In this document: positions 63,701 to 64,000 of the stretch, piece by piece
Position numbering within the stretch: position 1 is the stretch's first letter
How the letters are laid out: each line of letters opens with the position of its first letter
Origin: Chiloscyllium plagiosum
Lineage: Eukaryota
Length of the DNA: 64,000 nucleotides
Direction: 5' to 3'
NCBI RefSeq assembly: GCF_004010195.1
Contig: NC_057720.1
Coordinates: 31,400,082 to 31,464,081 of the forward strand
Translations under genes and position numbers: made by a program
Notes under the pieces: generated by a model
What the model was told of the DNA's origin: nothing
The model's database searches: none
What the model saw: only the letters and a program-made list of their open reading frames with translations

Positions 63701-64000
63701 ACTGTTGAAGAGGAGGTGGTACGGCATGAAGTACCGAGACTGTTTTTTTTTTATTCATTCATTGATAGTGGATTTCACTAGCTGGGCCAGAATCTATTTC
63801 TCATCATAAATTATCCTTTAGAAGGTGGGCTTCAGCCTTTTTACACCACTAAAGTCCTTTGGTATACCCACAATGCTATAAGGAAGGTAAGTCCAGGACT
63901 TCGATCCAGTGACAGTAAAGGAAAGGGGATACAGTTCCAAGTCTGGATCATGTATGGGTTGTAAGGAACTCACAGGTAGCAAAGTTTCCATGTACCTGCT

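Overview
Repeat-dense vertebrate nuclear DNA with four assembly gaps. I recognise no host protein-coding gene, rRNA, tRNA or CRISPR array. The repeat content (HER1/CR1-type LINEs with SGNH-esterase ORF1 and matching HE1-type V-SINEs) points to a cartilaginous fish, probably a shark (inference). Most of the window is CR1 copies: two near full-length (2653-7180 +, 44860-48890 -) and many truncated. Also present are Gypsy integrase and LTR remnants, solo LTRs, a complete but decayed pogo/Passer (POGK-like) transposon, a Tigger-like MITE, Harbinger and Tx1 remnants and tRNA-derived SINEs. The most striking signal is about a dozen Penelope-like (PLE) insertions from at least three families. Many are 50-230 bp mini-elements carrying minimal hammerhead-ribozyme cores (CUGANGA-stemII-GAAA-palindrome-UH). 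Seven have 11-15 bp target-site duplications (TSDs). Several are near-perfect fold-back palindromes with arms up to 311 bp, and their ends fall at recurring positions: the ribozyme 5' edge and a site about 33-40 nt before the pLTR 3' end. All calls come from manual reading, and boundaries of degraded elements are approximate.
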